57,348 nucleotides of DNA from Flavobacteriales bacterium (lineage in GTDB: Bacteria > Bacteroidota > Bacteroidia > Flavobacteriales > BACL11): contig DUAL01000305.1 in assembly GCA_012960835.1 (NCBI GenBank), positions 1 to 57,348 of the forward strand, written 5' to 3'. The notes beneath the pieces were generated by a model. That model was not told the DNA's origin. It ran no database searches and worked only from the letters and a program-made list of their open reading frames with translations. A program made the position numbers and the translations under genes. Below are positions 55,524 to 57,348 of this stretch, in pieces. Each line of letters begins with the position of its first letter. Within the stretch, counting starts at the first letter, position 1.

Positions 55524-57311
55524 TCGCATAACGGCAATATGGTAAGAAAGTAATTGCAAGGGGATAATGGAAAGTAGTGGCATCAATTCCTCATAACAAG
55601 ACGGTATTTCTATGCAATAGTCAGCTAATTCTTTTACAGTTTTATCGCCCTCTGTTACAATAGCAATAAGGCGGCCACCTCTTGCTTTTACTTCCTGTAT
55701 GTTGCTTACTACTTTTTCATAATTTCCTTTTCTGGTGGCAAGCACCACAATAGGCATGTGCTCATCAATAAGCGCAATAGGGCCGTGCTTCATTTCTGCT
55801 GCTGGGTAGCCTTCTGCGTGTATGTATGAAATTTCTTTTAGTTTGAGTGCTCCCTCTAATGCAACTGGGAAATTGTAGCCTCTTCCCAAATACAAAAAGT
55901 TGGTAGCATCCTTAAATTCTGCGGCAATTTCTTTTATCAAATCATCTAATTCTAACACTTTTGCTACTTTGCTTGGGATGAGTTCCAATTCAGTAATAAT
56001 TTGGCGATATTCTGTATTGGTAAGTGAGCCTTTCTCTTTAGCAATTCTCAAAGCCATAAGTGTAAGCACCACCACTTGTGTGGTAAATGCTTTAGTAGAG
56101 GCCACCCCAATTTCCGGGCCGGCATGGGTGTAACTCCCTGCATCTGTTAGTCTTGGAATGGAAGATCCCACTACATTACAAATCCCTAAAATAGTGGCTC
56201 CTTTTTGTTTAGCAAGTTCCAAAGCTGCCATAGTATCTGCCGTTTCTCCCGATTGGGAAATAGCTAAAACCACATCTTTTTCAGTTATAATTGGGTTTCT
56301 GTATCTGAACTCGGAAGCATATTCCACCTCCACAGGAATTCTTGCCAAGTCTTCAAACAAATATTCTCCAATAAGGCCAGCATGCCAAGAAGTGCCACAA
56401 GCCACAATAATGATCCGCTCAGCATTTAGTATTTTCTTTTCATAATCCAGAATTCCCCCCAAAGTTATCTCCCCTGTTTTAGCATTTATTCTCCCACGCA
56501 TGGTATCCAAAATACATTTGGGTTGCTCAAAAATTTCTTTAAGCATAAAATGCTCAAACCCTTCCTTTTCAATGGCTTCCAAACTAAGTTCTAATTCATC
56601 AATATAAGGTGTGTTTTTTATGTTAGAAATGGTTTTTATTTCTAAGGCCTCCTTTTTGTTTATTCTGGCGATTTGCTCATCTTCCAAATAAACTACATTT
56701 CGGGTATACTCTACAATTGGAGTGGCATCAGAAGCCACAAAATACTCTCCTTTCCCTATGCCAATTACCAAAGGACTTCCTTTTCTGGCTGCAATTATTT
56801 CCTCATTATTTTCTTTATCTATAACCAAAATAGCATATGCTCCAATTACTTCATTTAGCGCCAAACGAACCGCTTCAAACAAGTTTACCTTTTCGTTTTT
56901 CTTAATTTCTTCAATTAAGTGAACAAGCACTTCCGTATCAGTTTCGCTTTCAAATACATGCCCACTTTTTATTAGTGCTTTTTTTAAGGAATCATAATTT
57001 TCAATAATCCCATTATGTATAAGTGCCAAAGTGCTATCTCCTGATTTATGTGGATGTGCGTTTACTTCATTCGGCTCCCCATGGGTTGCCCACCTGGTAT
57101 GCCCAATTCCGATATTCCCATCAATATCTTTTTCTTTTGTAAAATCTTCTAAATCGGAAACCTTTCCCGCTTGCTTGTAGATGTTTATTTTATTTTCAAT
57201 CCCTATTGCAATTCCAGCACTATCATACCCTCTGTACTCCAAGCGGTGAAGCCCTTTTACTACAATAGAATAGGCCTGTTTCCCGCCTACATATCCTACA
57301 ATTCCACACAT
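55470..57311 (-). CDS. glmS: Glutamine--fructose-6-phosphate aminotransferase (isomerizing)
   Basis: The N-terminal nucleophile MCGIVGY, two SIS domains, and the C-terminal NLAKSVTVE are present. The 613-aa ORF is intact. Confidence 0.97.
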   Translation of the reverse strand: MCGIVGYVGGKQAYSIVVKGLHRLEYRGYDSAGIAIGIENKINIYKQAGKVSDLEDFTKEKDIDGNIGIGHTRWATHGEPNEVNAHPHKSGDSTLALIHNGIIENYDSLKKALIKSGHVFESETDTEVLVHLIEEIKKNEKVNLFEAVRLALNEVIGAYAILVIDKENNEEIIAARKGSPLVIGIGKGEYFVASDATPIVEYTRNVVYLEDEQIARINKKEALEIKTISNIKNTPYIDELELSLEAIEKEGFEHFMLKEIFEQPKCILDTMRGRINAKTGEITLGGILDYEKKILNAERIIIVACGTSWHAGLIGEYLFEDLARIPVEVEYASEFRYRNPIITEKDVVLAISQSGETADTMAALELAKQKGATILGICNVVGSSIPRLTDAGSYTHAGPEIGVASTKAFTTQVVVLTLMALRIAKEKGSLTNTEYRQIITELELIPSKVAKVLELDDLIKEIAAEFKDATNFLYLGRGYNFPVALEGALKLKEISYIHAEGYPAAEMKHGPIALIDEHMPIVVLATRKGNYEKVVSNIQEVKARGGRLIAIVTEGDKTVKELADYCIEIPSCYEELMPLLSIIPLQLLSYHIAVMRNCNVDQPRNLAKSVTVE

Positions 57312-57348
57312 TATAAATCGGTATAAATGATATTGAAACTTATTTTAT

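Noticed and set aside
54650-57348. Tn7-like or CRISPR-associated transposon inserted at attTn7 downstream of glmS
   Set aside because: No tnsA/B/C/D-like, Cas, or other transposition genes are present, and I could find no terminal inverted repeats or TnsB-site arrays. Only a single methyltransferase ORF lies between glmS and the next gene. The duplicated glmS coding end is also not the signature of Tn7, which inserts downstream without duplicating the gene end.
1-57348. CRISPR arrays, long tandem or inverted repeats, rRNA, tmRNA, RNase P RNA, riboswitch-sized leaders, and defence or toxin-antitoxin gene pairs
   Set aside because: No intergenic gap exceeds about 135 bp, and every gap is accounted for by promoters, terminators or the tRNA. 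No spaced direct repeats were seen by eye. The YwqK-like protein has a signal peptide and no adjacent toxin gene. A computational repeat scan is still advisable, because inspection by eye can miss short dispersed repeats.

Overview
This is an AT-rich (roughly one-third G+C by eye), very tightly packed chromosomal segment from a member of the Bacteroidota, most likely Flavobacteriia. That placement rests on a T9SS type-B cargo/PorP(SprF)/OmpA operon, several Bacteroidota-specific DUF genes, TAnnTTTG promoter boxes, and no Shine-Dalgarno sequences. The content is almost entirely housekeeping. It includes secA (5' truncated), tag, comM/yifB, dsbD-like, tilS, pabB, lnt, pssA, purS, leuS, ftsX, uppP, truB, queA, ispD and rlmN. 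It also includes a polyprenyl synthase, dnaG, recJ, DAHP synthase-chorismate mutase, rsmI, tdk, alr, rnpA-yidD, hemD, gcdH, glyQS, pth, rplY(L25), prs, tRNA-Leu(CAA), dCMP deaminase, two S41 peptidases and glmS. I found no CRISPR array, transposase, integrase, phage genes, recognisable defence or toxin system, or long non-coding gap. I cannot support a claim that a large novel system lies in this window. The best leads are: (1) a ~0.8 kb AT-rich methyltransferase cassette directly after glmS, bounded by a diverged 54-nt copy of the glmS 3' end with almost only synonymous differences, which looks like an attL/attR-type integration scar; (2) a recurring arrangement in which a perfect -7 box (TAnnTTTG) ends 4-5 nt before the start codon of five genes, predicting leaderless mRNAs, with an identical 15-mer at two of them; and (3) a translationally coupled T9SS cargo / PorP-like / PD40-OmpA (PorE-like) module. 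All family names come from motif recognition by eye. No database search was run.
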